Of a DNA stretch of 62,373 bases, positions 49,976 through 59,880 are shown piece by piece. The stretch comes from a virus (lineage: Duplodnaviria > Caudoviricetes). Numbering within the stretch: position 1 is the first letter of the stretch; each line of letters starts with the position of its first letter. The notes beneath the pieces are model-generated. The model ran no database searches. It was not told the DNA's origin and saw only the letters and a program-made list of their open reading frames with translations. The stretch lies in IMG/VR virus record IMGVR_UViG_3300008120_000066, positions 1 through 62,373 of that record; one strand, 5' to 3'. Both the position numbers and the translations under genes were made by a program.

Positions 49976-51331
49976 ATGTCAACAATGTTAAGAGAAGATC
50001 TCGTTAAAAAATGGGCACCCGTCCTTGAGCACGAGACAATGGATCCAATTAAGGATCAGTATCGTAAAGAAGTTACTGCTGTTCTTTTAGAGAATCAACA
50101 AAAGTCTCTATCAGAAGAGCGTGCTGCTCTTTTCGAAGCAGTTCCAACAAACGCCAACTATAATGGCTCAACAACAAACCCAGACACAGGTGGTGTTGCT
50201 AAGTATGATCCAATCTTGATCAGCTTGGTACGTCGTGCTGCTCCACAAATGATCGCTTATGATGTTTGCGGTGTTCAGCCAATGACAGGTCCAACAGGTC
50301 TAGTGTTTGCAATGAAAGCACGTTATGGTACACAAGGTGGTACTGAGGCAGGCTACAACGAAGCAAATGCTGAGTTCTCAGGTGGCGACTTAGGTACAGA
50401 CACCAACCAGACAGCAATCTCTGGTTCTAACTGGTTCTCAACAGCTAATGCTCCAGGTGGTATGACCACACAACAGGCTGAAGGTGGTCACAGTGCTTCT
50501 TCATCTGTTGCTCCAGCAGCAGTTGGTCCTGGTTCTTCAACTTTCAACGAAATGGCTTTCTCAATCGAGAAGACCAGCGTTACTGCAAAGTCACGTGCTT
50601 TGAAAGCTGAGTACTCAATCGAATTAGCACAAGACTTGAAAGCAGTTCATGGTCTTGACGCTGAGTCAGAGTTAAGCAATATCCTCTCAACAGAAATTCT
50701 TGCTGAGATCAATCGCGAAGTTATCCGTACAATTTATTACACAGCTAAGAGCGGTGCAGCATCTGGTACAGTAACAACAGCAGGTGTGTTCGATCTTGAT
50801 ACAGATGCTAACGGACGTTGGTCAGTTGAGAAATTTAAGGGTCTGTTGTTCCAAATCGAGCGTGATGCGAACGTAATCGCACAAGAGACACGTCGTGGCA
50901 AAGGTAACTTCATCATCTGCTCTTCAGATGTTGCAAGTTCTTTAGCAATGGCTGGTGTTCTTGACTACGCTCCTGCTTTGAACACAAACTTAAATGTTGA
51001 TGACGCAGGTTCAACATTCGCTGGTGTTCTAAATGGACGCTATCGTGTTTACATCGATCCATATGCAGCCAATGGTGGCGCTAATGACCAATTCTACGTA
51101 GTTGGTTACAAAGGTTCTAGCGCATTCGACGCTGGTATCTTCTACTGCCCATACGTTCCTCTACAAATGGTTCGTGCTGTAGATCCAAATACATTCCAAC
51201 CAAAGATTGGTTTCAAGACACGCTACGGCATGATCGCGAACCCATTCGCACGTGGAACTACATTAGCAACATCAATCGGTTCAAACGAGAACGTCTACTA
51301 TCGTAGAGTTCGTGTTCAGAACATTATGTAA
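49976..51331 (+). CDS. gp23: Major capsid protein gp23
   Basis: KWAPVL; LLENQ; CGVQPMTGPTGL.FAM; FNEMAFSIEK.SVTAKSRALKAEYS.ELAQDLKAVHGLDAE; FYCPYVPLQ; FQPKIGFKTRYG. Confidence 0.98.
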   Translation: MSTMLREDLVKKWAPVLEHETMDPIKDQYRKEVTAVLLENQQKSLSEERAALFEAVPTNANYNGSTTNPDTGGVAKYDPILISLVRRAAPQMIAYDVCGVQPMTGPTGLVFAMKARYGTQGGTEAGYNEANAEFSGGDLGTDTNQTAISGSNWFSTANAPGGMTTQQAEGGHSASSSVAPAAVGPGSSTFNEMAFSIEKTSVTAKSRALKAEYSIELAQDLKAVHGLDAESELSNILSTEILAEINREVIRTIYYTAKSGAASGTVTTAGVFDLDTDANGRWSVEKFKGLLFQIERDANVIAQETRRGKGNFIICSSDVASSLAMAGVLDYAPALNTNLNVDDAGSTFAGVLNGRYRVYIDPYAANGGANDQFYVVGYKGSSAFDAGIFYCPYVPLQMVRAVDPNTFQPKIGFKTRYGMIANPFARGTTLATSIGSNENVYYRRVRVQNIM

Positions 51332-51363
51332 TTGATGAAGCTGACGTAAGATCAGTATTTGAC

Positions 51364-51389
51364 AGAGCCACCTTCGGGTGGCTCTTTTT
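51364..51389 (+). terminator. Rho-independent terminator with a C(UUCG)G tetraloop
   Basis: AGAGCCACC-TTCG-GGTGGCTCT followed by TTTT, directly after gp23 as in T4-like phages. Confidence 0.92.
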
Positions 51390-51394
51390 CATTG

Positions 51395-51402
51395 AATAAA
51401 TA
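51395..51402 (+). promoter_or_regulatory. Late promoter variant (AATAAATA)
   Basis: Directly after the gp23 terminator and before the gp3-uvsY-uvsW unit. Confidence 0.6.
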
Positions 51403-51407
51403 TATGC

Positions 51408-51629
51408 ATGGAAGACAATAATGTTAAGATCATAGTCATTTCAGAACTTCTCGAAACTCGCGAGAGAAAAGAGAAGGAGCTGCAGTATTACCATGAACAA
51501 TTAAGAGAACTGCAGTTAAGAATGTCTTACGTCCAAGCTGAAATACATTTAACAACTAAAATTATTCATATGATTGAACATGAAAAGATAGTTGATATAA
51601 AGAAACATTTAACACAGAAAGAAAAATAA
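51408..51629 (+). CDS. Hypothetical coiled-coil protein
   Basis: 73 aa, II.ISELLETR.RKEKEL.YY..QL..L; TAATG-coupled to gp3. Confidence 0.7.
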   Translation: MEDNNVKIIVISELLETRERKEKELQYYHEQLRELQLRMSYVQAEIHLTTKIIHMIEHEKIVDIKKHLTQKEK

Positions 51630-52177
51630 TGGCATATGTAGCGCAAGAATGGAAAACTAGAATTCCAGAAAACATGAATCCTCTTTCGCCATCAGGTTTC
51701 AAGTTTTTAATTAACAAACTACCAAAAATGCATTTTTATTGCCAGACGGTAAATCTTCCTGGAATCATACTGGGAGAACCAGAGTATGCTACGCCATTTA
51801 GTAATATTCCTATCCCAGGAGAAAAATTGTCATTTGGTGATCTAACTCTCCAGTTCCTTGTTGATGAAACTTTAGAAAATTATCAATCGATTCAAAGATG
51901 GTTGTTCGGACTAGGTTTTCCAAAAGAATATAGTCAATACATTGACTTTATTAACAGCGACACGATTACTGCAGGTCCTAATTCCGAATTATCAAGAAAC
52001 TATTCAGATGCTTCGCTTTTTATCTTGACAAATAATAACACTGAGAGTAAACTATTATCGTTCAAGAATGTTTTTCCAACATCATTAGAAAGTTTAACTT
52101 TTACTGGTATTGACAATGACATTCAATATCTCGTAGGACAAGTTACATTTAAATACTCATACTACGATTTCGAATAA
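51629..52177 (+). CDS. gp3: Tail completion/tube terminator gp3
   Basis: N.LSPSGFKF.I.KLP...F.CQ.VNLPGI.LG; PG.KL.F.DL...FLVDE.LENY; FP.SL..L.F. Confidence 0.9.
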   Translation: MAYVAQEWKTRIPENMNPLSPSGFKFLINKLPKMHFYCQTVNLPGIILGEPEYATPFSNIPIPGEKLSFGDLTLQFLVDETLENYQSIQRWLFGLGFPKEYSQYIDFINSDTITAGPNSELSRNYSDASLFILTNNNTESKLLSFKNVFPTSLESLTFTGIDNDIQYLVGQVTFKYSYYDFE

Positions 52178-52195
52178 TTATTACTTGGAGTTGTT

Positions 52196-52633
52196 ATGAA
52201 TCTTGAAGAATTAATGCAACAATGGGAACACGACAGTAAAATTGATGACAATCACCTCGGAGAAGCATCAACAGAATCACCAAACTTGCATAGCAAATAT
52301 ATTAACACTATGGTATCTTACAAATTAAAACTTGCTAAGATACGTGGTGATTATAATCTACTCAGAAAAACCAAATTTCGCTATTATCGTGGCGAATTAT
52401 CAAGACAAGAATTAGAAGATCTTGGATGGCAGCAGTGGCAAGGTGTTAAACCACTTAGGAATGAGATGGATGAGTTTCTTCAGGGAGATACTGATCTTGT
52501 TCAGATGGAACAAAAAGTGGAATACTTAAATACTATTGTTTACTTCTTAGAAGAAGTGTTAAGACAAATACGTCAGCGTGACTGGCAAATTAGAACTGCT
52601 GTTGACTGGAAAAAGTTTCTAGTAGGAATGTAA
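52196..52633 (+). CDS. uvsY: Recombination mediator UvsY
   Basis: W..DS.ID...L..AS...P.LHSKY; K..YY.G; I..R.WQI..A..W.KF..G. Confidence 0.92.
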   Translation: MNLEELMQQWEHDSKIDDNHLGEASTESPNLHSKYINTMVSYKLKLAKIRGDYNLLRKTKFRYYRGELSRQELEDLGWQQWQGVKPLRNEMDEFLQGDTDLVQMEQKVEYLNTIVYFLEEVLRQIRQRDWQIRTAVDWKKFLVGM

Positions 52634-54120
52634 TGAAAATATACGTTGAACAAGTTGATGATGTTAATGTTCGTGTTTTCTCTGAAGATAGTATCGAAAA
52701 AGAGATAAGTAATTTCTTCACATTTGAAGTTCCTGGTGCAAAATTTATGCCAGCATACAAAGCGAGGTTATGGGATGGAAAAATTAGACTTTACGACTTA
52801 CAAAGAAAAACGCTATACGCTGGACTCAAAAACTATGTTGAGGAGTTTGCGAGAAGAAATGAATACCAATATCAAGAGTTGGCAAGCGCAGATTATAAGC
52901 CAGTGCAACTCAACAACTACACTTATGAACAAGTCGAAGGATATGCCGATTCTCTTAATCTCTCTGCTAGGGGAAACCCAATTGAGGTTCGAGACTATCA
53001 GATCGACGCAATTCAAAAATCTATAAACACGAATCGTACTTTACTATTATCACCAACAGCATCAGGTAAATCTCTTATAATATATTCAATTATGCGCCAC
53101 CATGTAAGTGAAGGGCGCAAGTGTATTCTTATTGTTCCAACTACGTCTCTTGTTGAACAAATGTATACTGACTTTGAAGATTACTCATTTGAGAATGGAT
53201 GGAGAGTAGATAAACATTGTCAAAAACTTTACTCTGGTTTCACAAAAGAGTTTAGTAAAGATGTACTAATTACCACATGGCAGTCTATTTACAAACAACC
53301 ACGTAATTGGTTTGATCAATTTCAGGTTGTGTTTGGTGATGAAGCGCACCAGTTTAAAGCCAAATCATTATCAACTGTTATGGAAAAGATGGGAAAAATT
53401 CCATATCGTATCGGCACAACAGGAACAATCGATAATAAGCAGGTACATCGCTTAGTTCTAGAGGGACTGTTCGGTCCAGTTCACAAAGTAACAACAACTA
53501 AAGAACTAATGGACACAGGAAGAGTAGCGAAACTAAATATTAATTGTCTACTACTAAAATACTCAGAAGAAACGTGTAAAGAACGCAAGAATAATTTATA
53601 CCAAGAAGAGATGGATTTTCTGGTCTCTCATCAGAAACGTAATCGTTTCATTAAAAATCTTGCCCTATCTCTTACAGGAAATACTTTAATATTATTTCAG
53701 TATGTAGAAAAACATGGTAAAGTTTTGCACGAATTGTTTGGTGATCAAACTGATCGCGAACTGGCAATAGTTCACGGAGATGTTGATGTTACTGTGAGAG
53801 AACAGATACGCAAGAGGGCAGACAAACAAGATAACATGATTATTTTAGCATCTTTCGGCACATATTCAACAGGGGTGAACATACCCTCAATCGAGAATAT
53901 TATTTTTGCATCGCCGAGCAAATCAAGAATTAGAAATTTACAGTCAATTGGTCGTGGGTTGAGGCTGAAAGATGGAAAGACCACATGCACTTTGTATGAT
54001 GTTGCTGATGATCTATCGTACAAATCATGGAAAAACCACACATTAAATCATTTCCTAGAGCGTGTTAAACTATACTCTGAAGAGAAGTTTAATGTAAAAA
54101 TATCGGAAGTAAACCTGTAA
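52633..54120 (+). CDS. uvsW: SF2 DNA helicase UvsW
   Basis: WDGKIRL, RDYQ, SPTASGKS, GDEAH, GTTGT, STGVNI and LQSIGRGLR. Confidence 0.96.
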   Translation: MKIYVEQVDDVNVRVFSEDSIEKEISNFFTFEVPGAKFMPAYKARLWDGKIRLYDLQRKTLYAGLKNYVEEFARRNEYQYQELASADYKPVQLNNYTYEQVEGYADSLNLSARGNPIEVRDYQIDAIQKSINTNRTLLLSPTASGKSLIIYSIMRHHVSEGRKCILIVPTTSLVEQMYTDFEDYSFENGWRVDKHCQKLYSGFTKEFSKDVLITTWQSIYKQPRNWFDQFQVVFGDEAHQFKAKSLSTVMEKMGKIPYRIGTTGTIDNKQVHRLVLEGLFGPVHKVTTTKELMDTGRVAKLNINCLLLKYSEETCKERKNNLYQEEMDFLVSHQKRNRFIKNLALSLTGNTLILFQYVEKHGKVLHELFGDQTDRELAIVHGDVDVTVREQIRKRADKQDNMIILASFGTYSTGVNIPSIENIIFASPSKSRIRNLQSIGRGLRLKDGKTTCTLYDVADDLSYKSWKNHTLNHFLERVKLYSEEKFNVKISEVNL

Positions 54121-54575
54121 TGGATTATAGAATATTAGGAAAGAACAATGGGGAAAGTATGTTTTGTATTGTGTTGAAAGAAACGCAAGACGAGATTATG
54201 GTAATGTTTCCTATGACAATTGAAAAGCATGTAATACCAATCGGACCAACAACAATCAGAGAAACATACTCTGCATCACAGTTATGTCCTTTCAGTGATG
54301 ATAAAATCTTTACATTTTACAAACCAGAATTGCTTTACATCAAACCACTAAGTAAAGATGCTATACCATTTTATGTTAATATGATAAATAGACACGAGAG
54401 TTTAGAAACGATGAAGCGATATAACATTGAAAGTTTGGTTCAAAGCGATGAGGTCTTAAATCAGATTGAAGATATTAATGACAAAGTAGAAGTAATAAAG
54501 CAGTTTCTTTCTGAGCACGAAGAGAGCGAAGAAGAAGAAATCCCTTCTGTCAAGGGAAATAAAACAATGCATTAA
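54120..54575 (+). CDS. Conserved hypothetical protein upstream of gp55 (Sm-like N-terminus)
   Basis: K.NGE..FC at the N-terminus, acidic tail ending ...MH; usual position between uvsW and gp55. Confidence 0.65.
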   Translation: MDYRILGKNNGESMFCIVLKETQDEIMVMFPMTIEKHVIPIGPTTIRETYSASQLCPFSDDKIFTFYKPELLYIKPLSKDAIPFYVNMINRHESLETMKRYNIESLVQSDEVLNQIEDINDKVEVIKQFLSEHEESEEEEIPSVKGNKTMH

Positions 54576-54629
54576 TATCAAACCCCACATCGTTATTTTA
54601 CAACACAATGAATTTTATAGCAAATAAAT

Positions 54630-54658
54630 TTGACACTTTTTTAAAAAAATAGTATAAT
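54630..54658 (+). promoter_or_regulatory. Perfect sigma70 promoter for the gp55 operon
   Basis: TTGACA (54630-35), 17-nt spacer, TATAAT (54653-58). Confidence 0.9.
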
Positions 54659-54691
54659 CTTTATATTATAACTAATAACACTGAGGATATT

Positions 54692-55231
54692 ATGGCATCA
54701 TCTCATTATGTAAATAACGCAGACTTTCTTGCTGCTATAAAAGAATATAGAATATCTGTTGAAGAAGCAGAATCTTCTGGCAAAGAAAAACCCCGTGTTC
54801 CTGAATATATTGGGGAATGTCTACTAAAAATCGCCACACATCTATCCTATAAAAGCAATTTTATCAATTACACATATCGTGAAGATATGATAAACGATGG
54901 TGTAGAAAATTGTCTCCAGTATATTGGTAATTTTGATCCCAACAAATCAAGCAATCCCTTTGCTTATTTCACACAAATTATTTACTATGCGTTCATTCGA
55001 AAAATCCAAAAAGAAAAGAAACAAACGATAGTCAAGAACAGAATAATTATGGACATGTCATTTGATGAATTCGAATTACAGGCACAAGATGAAGATGGTG
55101 AATTTACGAATATGATGATAGATTATTTGCGTAATAATAATGATAAAGAGTATACTATACCAAAGAAGAAGACAAAGAAAAAAGCATCTACTTCTTTAGA
55201 TGATTTTATGGAGGAAAGCGACAATGTATAA
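54692..55231 (+). CDS. gp55: Late-transcription sigma factor gp55
   Basis: HYVNN.DFL.A; YIGEC.LKIA.HLSYK.NF.NY.YREDMI.DG.ENCL.Y..NFDP.KS.NPFAYFTQI.YYAF.R.I.KEKKQ. Confidence 0.96.
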   Translation: MASSHYVNNADFLAAIKEYRISVEEAESSGKEKPRVPEYIGECLLKIATHLSYKSNFINYTYREDMINDGVENCLQYIGNFDPNKSSNPFAYFTQIIYYAFIRKIQKEKKQTIVKNRIIMDMSFDEFELQAQDEDGEFTNMMIDYLRNNNDKEYTIPKKKTKKKASTSLDDFMEESDNV

Positions 55232-55403
55232 AGTTACATTCTATGCCAGTAACAGCACTTCTGAACAATCAGTTTTGTTTAAATGGTTTAAGACAGCTAA
55301 TGAGGCATTTGACTATTCTAGACAACTTGGGGATCGTGTTATTGAGACAAAACACTATAATGATCTTGAATCCTTCCCACTACCAGATCTAGACATGTCA
55401 TGA
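55224..55403 (+). CDS. Small hypothetical protein
   Basis: GGAGG RBS before the ATG at 55224 (MYKVTFY...FKWFKT..EA); ATGA-coupled to gp47. Confidence 0.65.
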   Translation: MYKVTFYASNSTSEQSVLFKWFKTANEAFDYSRQLGDRVIETKHYNDLESFPLPDLDMS

Positions 55404-56464
55404 AAGTTGCGATTATTACAGACCAACATTTTGGCGCAAGAAATGATAGTACAGTATTCTTAGATTTTTTTCAAAAATTTTATGATAATGTTTTCTTCCC
55501 AACAATAGAACAACACAAGATAACTACTGTTCTTGTTCTTGGTGACACATTTGATAGACGCAAATATGTAAATTTCTATGCTTTGCAAAGAGCAAAAGAA
55601 ATGTTCTTTGATAAACTAGCAGAGAAAAATATACAGGTACATATGCTTGCTGGTAATCATGACACATATTATAAGAACACGAATGATGTAAATTCTCCTG
55701 ATCTATTGCTTCGTGAGTATGACAATATTAATGTGATAGATACACCACAAACAATACACCTAGATTATGGCAATACAGCTGCTGATATACTGATGTTACC
55801 ATGGATATGCGCCGATAACTATAACCAAACAATGACCGAGATACAGAATACAAGCGCAACACTATGTATGGGGCACTTAGAAATTTCTGGATTCGCAATG
55901 TACAGAGGAATGGAATCTTATGAAGGATTGGATAAAAAGACATTTGAGAAGTTTGATCTTGTTTTCTCTGGCCATTATCATCATCGCTCAGACGATGGTC
56001 ATATTTACTATCTGGGAAACCCATATGAACTCACTTGGCAGGACTATAATGATCCCAGAGGATTTCATTTGTTTGATGTTGGCACAAGAAAACTCGAATT
56101 TATCCAGAATCCATATCGTATGTTTGAAAGAATCGAATACAATGACAGAGACGGAGAAATCGACATTGATTCCATTAATCTAAGTGATATGTTCGTTAAG
56201 CTGGTTGTTGTAAGCAAAACAGACCACACTAAGTTTGACAAATTTACAACAAAGTTGTATAATAAGGGTTGCCATGATATTAAAATTATTGAAGACATGA
56301 CAGATTTTGAGTCAGGAACAATTGATGAAACAATTAATCTTGAAGATACAATGTCCGTATTAAGCAGTTTTATTGACTCAGTTGAGACGGAAGCAGACAA
56401 AGAGAGAATTAAAACAATGATGAAGACGTTATATACTGAGGCGATTAATCAGGAGGTCGTATGA
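55400..56464 (+). CDS. gp47: Recombination endonuclease subunit gp47 (Mre11/SbcD-like)
   Basis: Metallophosphoesterase motifs TDQHFG, LGDTFDRR, GNHD, GHLE and SGHYH. Confidence 0.95.
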   Translation: MKVAIITDQHFGARNDSTVFLDFFQKFYDNVFFPTIEQHKITTVLVLGDTFDRRKYVNFYALQRAKEMFFDKLAEKNIQVHMLAGNHDTYYKNTNDVNSPDLLLREYDNINVIDTPQTIHLDYGNTAADILMLPWICADNYNQTMTEIQNTSATLCMGHLEISGFAMYRGMESYEGLDKKTFEKFDLVFSGHYHHRSDDGHIYYLGNPYELTWQDYNDPRGFHLFDVGTRKLEFIQNPYRMFERIEYNDRDGEIDIDSINLSDMFVKLVVVSKTDHTKFDKFTTKLYNKGCHDIKIIEDMTDFESGTIDETINLEDTMSVLSSFIDSVETEADKERIKTMMKTLYTEAINQEVV

Positions 56465-57081
56465 TAATTTCTGACAAACAGTATCAGCATTACGAAAAGA
56501 TCATGCGAAATTTTATACAAGAGCACTGTATAGTTAAAAAAACAATGCCAGGAAAATTGCCTGGAACAACATATACTTGGATGTTTTATCTACGCAATGG
56601 TCTTTTTAATGCGGACTTTCTGCAATATGCCAGTGAAATGATGCTCTACAGACTTTATGAAGAGATTGGTAGTTTTAAATTTCAAATATGTGGCGCAGAG
56701 ACAGCAGGAACACCTCTCGCAGCTTCGTTACCATTAATTGCGAAAATGAATAATATTCAGCTTGGGTCTTTTGTTGTTCGCAAAGAGCAAAAAAAATATG
56801 GTTTGATGAATTGGCATGAAGGTATGGTATTTAAAGACATTCCTTATGTTCTTATTGATGATTTGTGTAATTCATCTATGTCATTAAAACATGCTGATGA
56901 TATATGTAGAAATAAACTAATGATACCATCAACAAATGTTGCTATTGTTCTTGTTAATAAAGTAAACAAAGAAATCCACAGCGAAAAAAGAACAAAAACA
57001 GATATGTATCTACCAGAAGATGTAAAAGTTATCTCTTTGTTTGATCTTGATTCGTTTGATCTATCTAACCCATCACACTAA
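56461..57081 (+). CDS. Type I phosphoribosyltransferase, orotate PRTase (PyrE)-like
   Basis: G.ETAG.PLA..L, FVVRKE.KKYG....EG and a degenerate PRPP loop VLIDDLCNSSMS. Confidence 0.72.
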   Translation: MIISDKQYQHYEKIMRNFIQEHCIVKKTMPGKLPGTTYTWMFYLRNGLFNADFLQYASEMMLYRLYEEIGSFKFQICGAETAGTPLAASLPLIAKMNNIQLGSFVVRKEQKKYGLMNWHEGMVFKDIPYVLIDDLCNSSMSLKHADDICRNKLMIPSTNVAIVLVNKVNKEIHSEKRTKTDMYLPEDVKVISLFDLDSFDLSNPSH

Positions 57082-58793
57082 TGATTATATTCAAATCCAT
57101 TCTATGGAAAAACTTTTTATCAACAGGTAATTCTGCCAATAAAGTCTGTCTAAACAGAACATCTACCACACTGATCATTGGAAAAAATGGTGAAGGTAAA
57201 AGTACAATCTTAGATGCGTTGTGCTTTTCATTATTTGGCAAACCATTTCGTAACATTAACAAACCACAGTTAGTAAACAGTATTAATCAAAAGAACTGTT
57301 TGGTAGAGATAGAATTTTCTATTTCTGGATCAGAGTATAAAATCATTCGTGGTATGAAACCCACAGTGTTCGAAATCTATCAGAATGGGCAGTTGATTAA
57401 TCAAGACGCAGCAGCGAAAGATTATCAAAAGGTGCTCGAACAACAGATTCTTAAACTAAACTACAAAACATTTACGCAAGTTGTTATCCTTGGTAGCGCT
57501 TCGTTTGTGCCATTTATGCAGTTACCATCTCATACACGCAGAGAGGTTATTGAGGACATTCTAGATATCCGTGTGTTTAGTATTATGAATAATATATTAA
57601 AAGAGAAAATGCAGGAGACAAAAGATGAGATCAACAGCACTGAATCTGCGCTCACAGTGGCACGTGAGAGGGTTGAAAATCAGCAAAAGACCATTAAAAT
57701 ATTGCTCGACAGCAGAAAAGATGCTGTATCAGCGTTACAAGCAAAGATTGGCGATAATGAGGTATCTATCCAAACCACGAATGAAACTATTAATGTTCTC
57801 ACTCAAGATATTACTGATCTTAAACAGAGCATCGCTGACAGGACAGATATCGTATCGCAGATTGAAAAGGCGAAAACTCTGGCCAATAAGAAAGTTGGTA
57901 AAAGCACAGACCTCACGACTACAATAGAGTTCTTTAATCAAAATGAGCATTGCCCTCAGTGTGAACAAGGGATCCCACATGAGCATAAATCGCGAATAAT
58001 TGATCAAATTCAGCGTGATTTTGAGGAAAATCAGAGGAATATTGAGGACCTTACAGCAGCACTAGGGAAACTAGAGGAAAGACTAGAAAAAATTAATGAA
58101 ATACAGAATTTAATCTCTGATAAAAATATTGATGTTTCAACTGCGAATCAGACAGTTACAATGTTAAACAAAATGAATCAGGATTTGATGAAAGAGATCA
58201 ATGATGCGCAAACTGATGATACTAATGTGAATGAGGAAAAGAACAAACTCAAAGATATGGCTAAGGAAGCAATGTCATTACTTGACAGAAAGAACGAGCT
58301 GTCTGACAGCAGATATTATCAAGAAATAGCATCTAATCTTCTGCGTGACACTGGTATTAAAACAAAGATTATTCGTGAGTATCTACCAACTATGAATAAA
58401 CTCATTAACAAATATCTGCAAGCAATGGAGTTCTTTGTTCATTTTGAATTAGATGAAGTGTTTAATGAGGTGATTAAATCAAGATATCGCGATGAGTTTA
58501 CTTATGCAAGTTTCTCAGAGGGTGAGAAGATGCGTATTGACTTGGCTATTTTATTTACTTGGCGACAGATTGCAAAAATGAAGAACAGTGTCAATACTAA
58601 TCTGTTAATTCTTGACGAGATATTTGATAGTAGTTTAGATGTGGCAGGTACAGATTATTTTCTGACTCTGATGAATACTTTTGGCGAACATACCAATGTG
58701 TTTGTTATTAGTCACAAGGGTGATCAACTATTTGATAAATTCCGTAGTGTAATTAAGTTTGAAAAGCAGAATGATTTCTCAGTAATTGTATGA
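57081..58793 (+). CDS. gp46: Recombination endonuclease subunit gp46 (Rad50/SbcC-like)
   Basis: KNFLSTGN, GKNGEGKST, zinc-hook CPQC, FSEGEKMRIDLA, LILDEIFDSSLD and ISHK. Confidence 0.96.
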   Translation: MIIFKSILWKNFLSTGNSANKVCLNRTSTTLIIGKNGEGKSTILDALCFSLFGKPFRNINKPQLVNSINQKNCLVEIEFSISGSEYKIIRGMKPTVFEIYQNGQLINQDAAAKDYQKVLEQQILKLNYKTFTQVVILGSASFVPFMQLPSHTRREVIEDILDIRVFSIMNNILKEKMQETKDEINSTESALTVARERVENQQKTIKILLDSRKDAVSALQAKIGDNEVSIQTTNETINVLTQDITDLKQSIADRTDIVSQIEKAKTLANKKVGKSTDLTTTIEFFNQNEHCPQCEQGIPHEHKSRIIDQIQRDFEENQRNIEDLTAALGKLEERLEKINEIQNLISDKNIDVSTANQTVTMLNKMNQDLMKEINDAQTDDTNVNEEKNKLKDMAKEAMSLLDRKNELSDSRYYQEIASNLLRDTGIKTKIIREYLPTMNKLINKYLQAMEFFVHFELDEVFNEVIKSRYRDEFTYASFSEGEKMRIDLAILFTWRQIAKMKNSVNTNLLILDEIFDSSLDVAGTDYFLTLMNTFGEHTNVFVISHKGDQLFDKFRSVIKFEKQNDFSVIV

Positions 58794-58936
58794 CAGATGA
58801 AGAAATATTAAAAGCGTATGAGGAGATGGTTAAAGAGTGGGGAGACAAACTACCAAATCCAGAACATGAACCACGTAGATTTACATATTATGTAAAGTTG
58901 TATAGGTATTACAAAGAAATGAAGAAGGGAACATAA
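58790..58936 (+). CDS. Small hypothetical protein (48 aa; not in the ORF track)
   Basis: MTDEEILKAYEEMVKEWGDKLPNPEHEPRRFTYYVKLYRYYKEMKKGT*; ATGA overlap with gp46; fills the gap to the next gene. Confidence 0.7.
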   Translation: MTDEEILKAYEEMVKEWGDKLPNPEHEPRRFTYYVKLYRYYKEMKKGT

Positions 58937-58937
58937 C

Positions 58938-59561
58938 TTGAAAATACAAGATCCAGTAATTGAAACCATTTTTCCAACACCAGTCTTACATTCATTTATG
59001 AAGCGTGAACCAACAGAAACAGAGTTGGCATTTTTCAATGAGCAAGGTAAAGTAGTAATAAAAAATACTGGTAATTGGACAAGCAAAAATCGTTATATTC
59101 TAGATGAACCAGAAATGGTAGAGATCAAAGAGATGTTGATGGAAGCTGTGGATTATTGGTTTAAAACAGTTGTATGTAACAGCAAAGTAGAGCCATATAT
59201 TACACAGTCTTGGTTAAACTGGACACAGAAAGAAGAAACACATCATCTACATAATCATCCAAATTCTATTGTTTCTGGTGTGCTGTATATTAATGGCGAG
59301 GATGATAAATTACATTTCCACAAACAAGAATATGAACAGATTAAAATTCTACCAGATACAGATGAACAATATAATGAGTATAATTGCGAAGTAGCATGGT
59401 TTTCAACACCACCTGGAAAAATTTTACTGTTTCCATCTAAAATACAGCATACTGTCGAGAAAAAGGTATCAGACAAATTACGTGTAACTCTTGCGTTTAA
59501 TGTATTTGTGCGTGGCACAATTGGTAAAGCATCAGCTCTAACTGAATTAAGATTGGGATAA
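58938..59561 (+). CDS. Putative 2OG-Fe(II) oxygenase (TIGR02466-like)
   Basis: IFPTP, ITQSW.N, H..H.HPNS.VSGV.Y, G..LLFPS...H.V and R.TLAFN; TTG start. Confidence 0.85.
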   Translation: MKIQDPVIETIFPTPVLHSFMKREPTETELAFFNEQGKVVIKNTGNWTSKNRYILDEPEMVEIKEMLMEAVDYWFKTVVCNSKVEPYITQSWLNWTQKEETHHLHNHPNSIVSGVLYINGEDDKLHFHKQEYEQIKILPDTDEQYNEYNCEVAWFSTPPGKILLFPSKIQHTVEKKVSDKLRVTLAFNVFVRGTIGKASALTELRLG

Positions 59562-59562
59562 C

Positions 59563-59862
59563 ATGACAACACTTATTATCAAAATGATTACTGGTGAAGA
59601 AGTAATCGCAGAAACAGAAGCATCTCCGCAAGGATATCTTGAACTAACAAACGCAATGACAATCATCGCACGACCAGATGAATCTGGCAGTGTGCGTATG
59701 GGTATGGTTCCGTATGCTCAGTTTGCAACAAGCAAAAAGGTGCGTGTGTATCCACATGCTATCATGGCTGACTATGAGCCAGCGTTAGAAATTCTCAATC
59801 AATATAATAGACTATTTGGCACTGGTATTCAAATCGCAACAGCCGACATGATGCCAAAGTAA
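59563..59862 (+). CDS. Conserved hypothetical protein (Sm-like fold)
   Basis: IIKMITGEEVIA...P....NQYN..FG.GI.IA. Confidence 0.7.
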   Translation: MTTLIIKMITGEEVIAETEASPQGYLELTNAMTIIARPDESGSVRMGMVPYAQFATSKKVRVYPHAIMADYEPALEILNQYNRLFGTGIQIATADMMPK

Positions 59863-59880
59863 GTGACCACTAACTTATAC

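Noticed and set aside
41066-58793. Inteins or group I introns in terminase, portal, capsid, UvsW or gp46/47
   Set aside because: All are of ordinary length with contiguous motifs and no intein-like or LAGLIDADG/HNH inserts.
1222-59572. Many short minus-strand and alternate-frame ORFs nested in the large genes
   Set aside because: Shadow ORFs overlapping well-supported T4-like genes, with no RBS or motifs.
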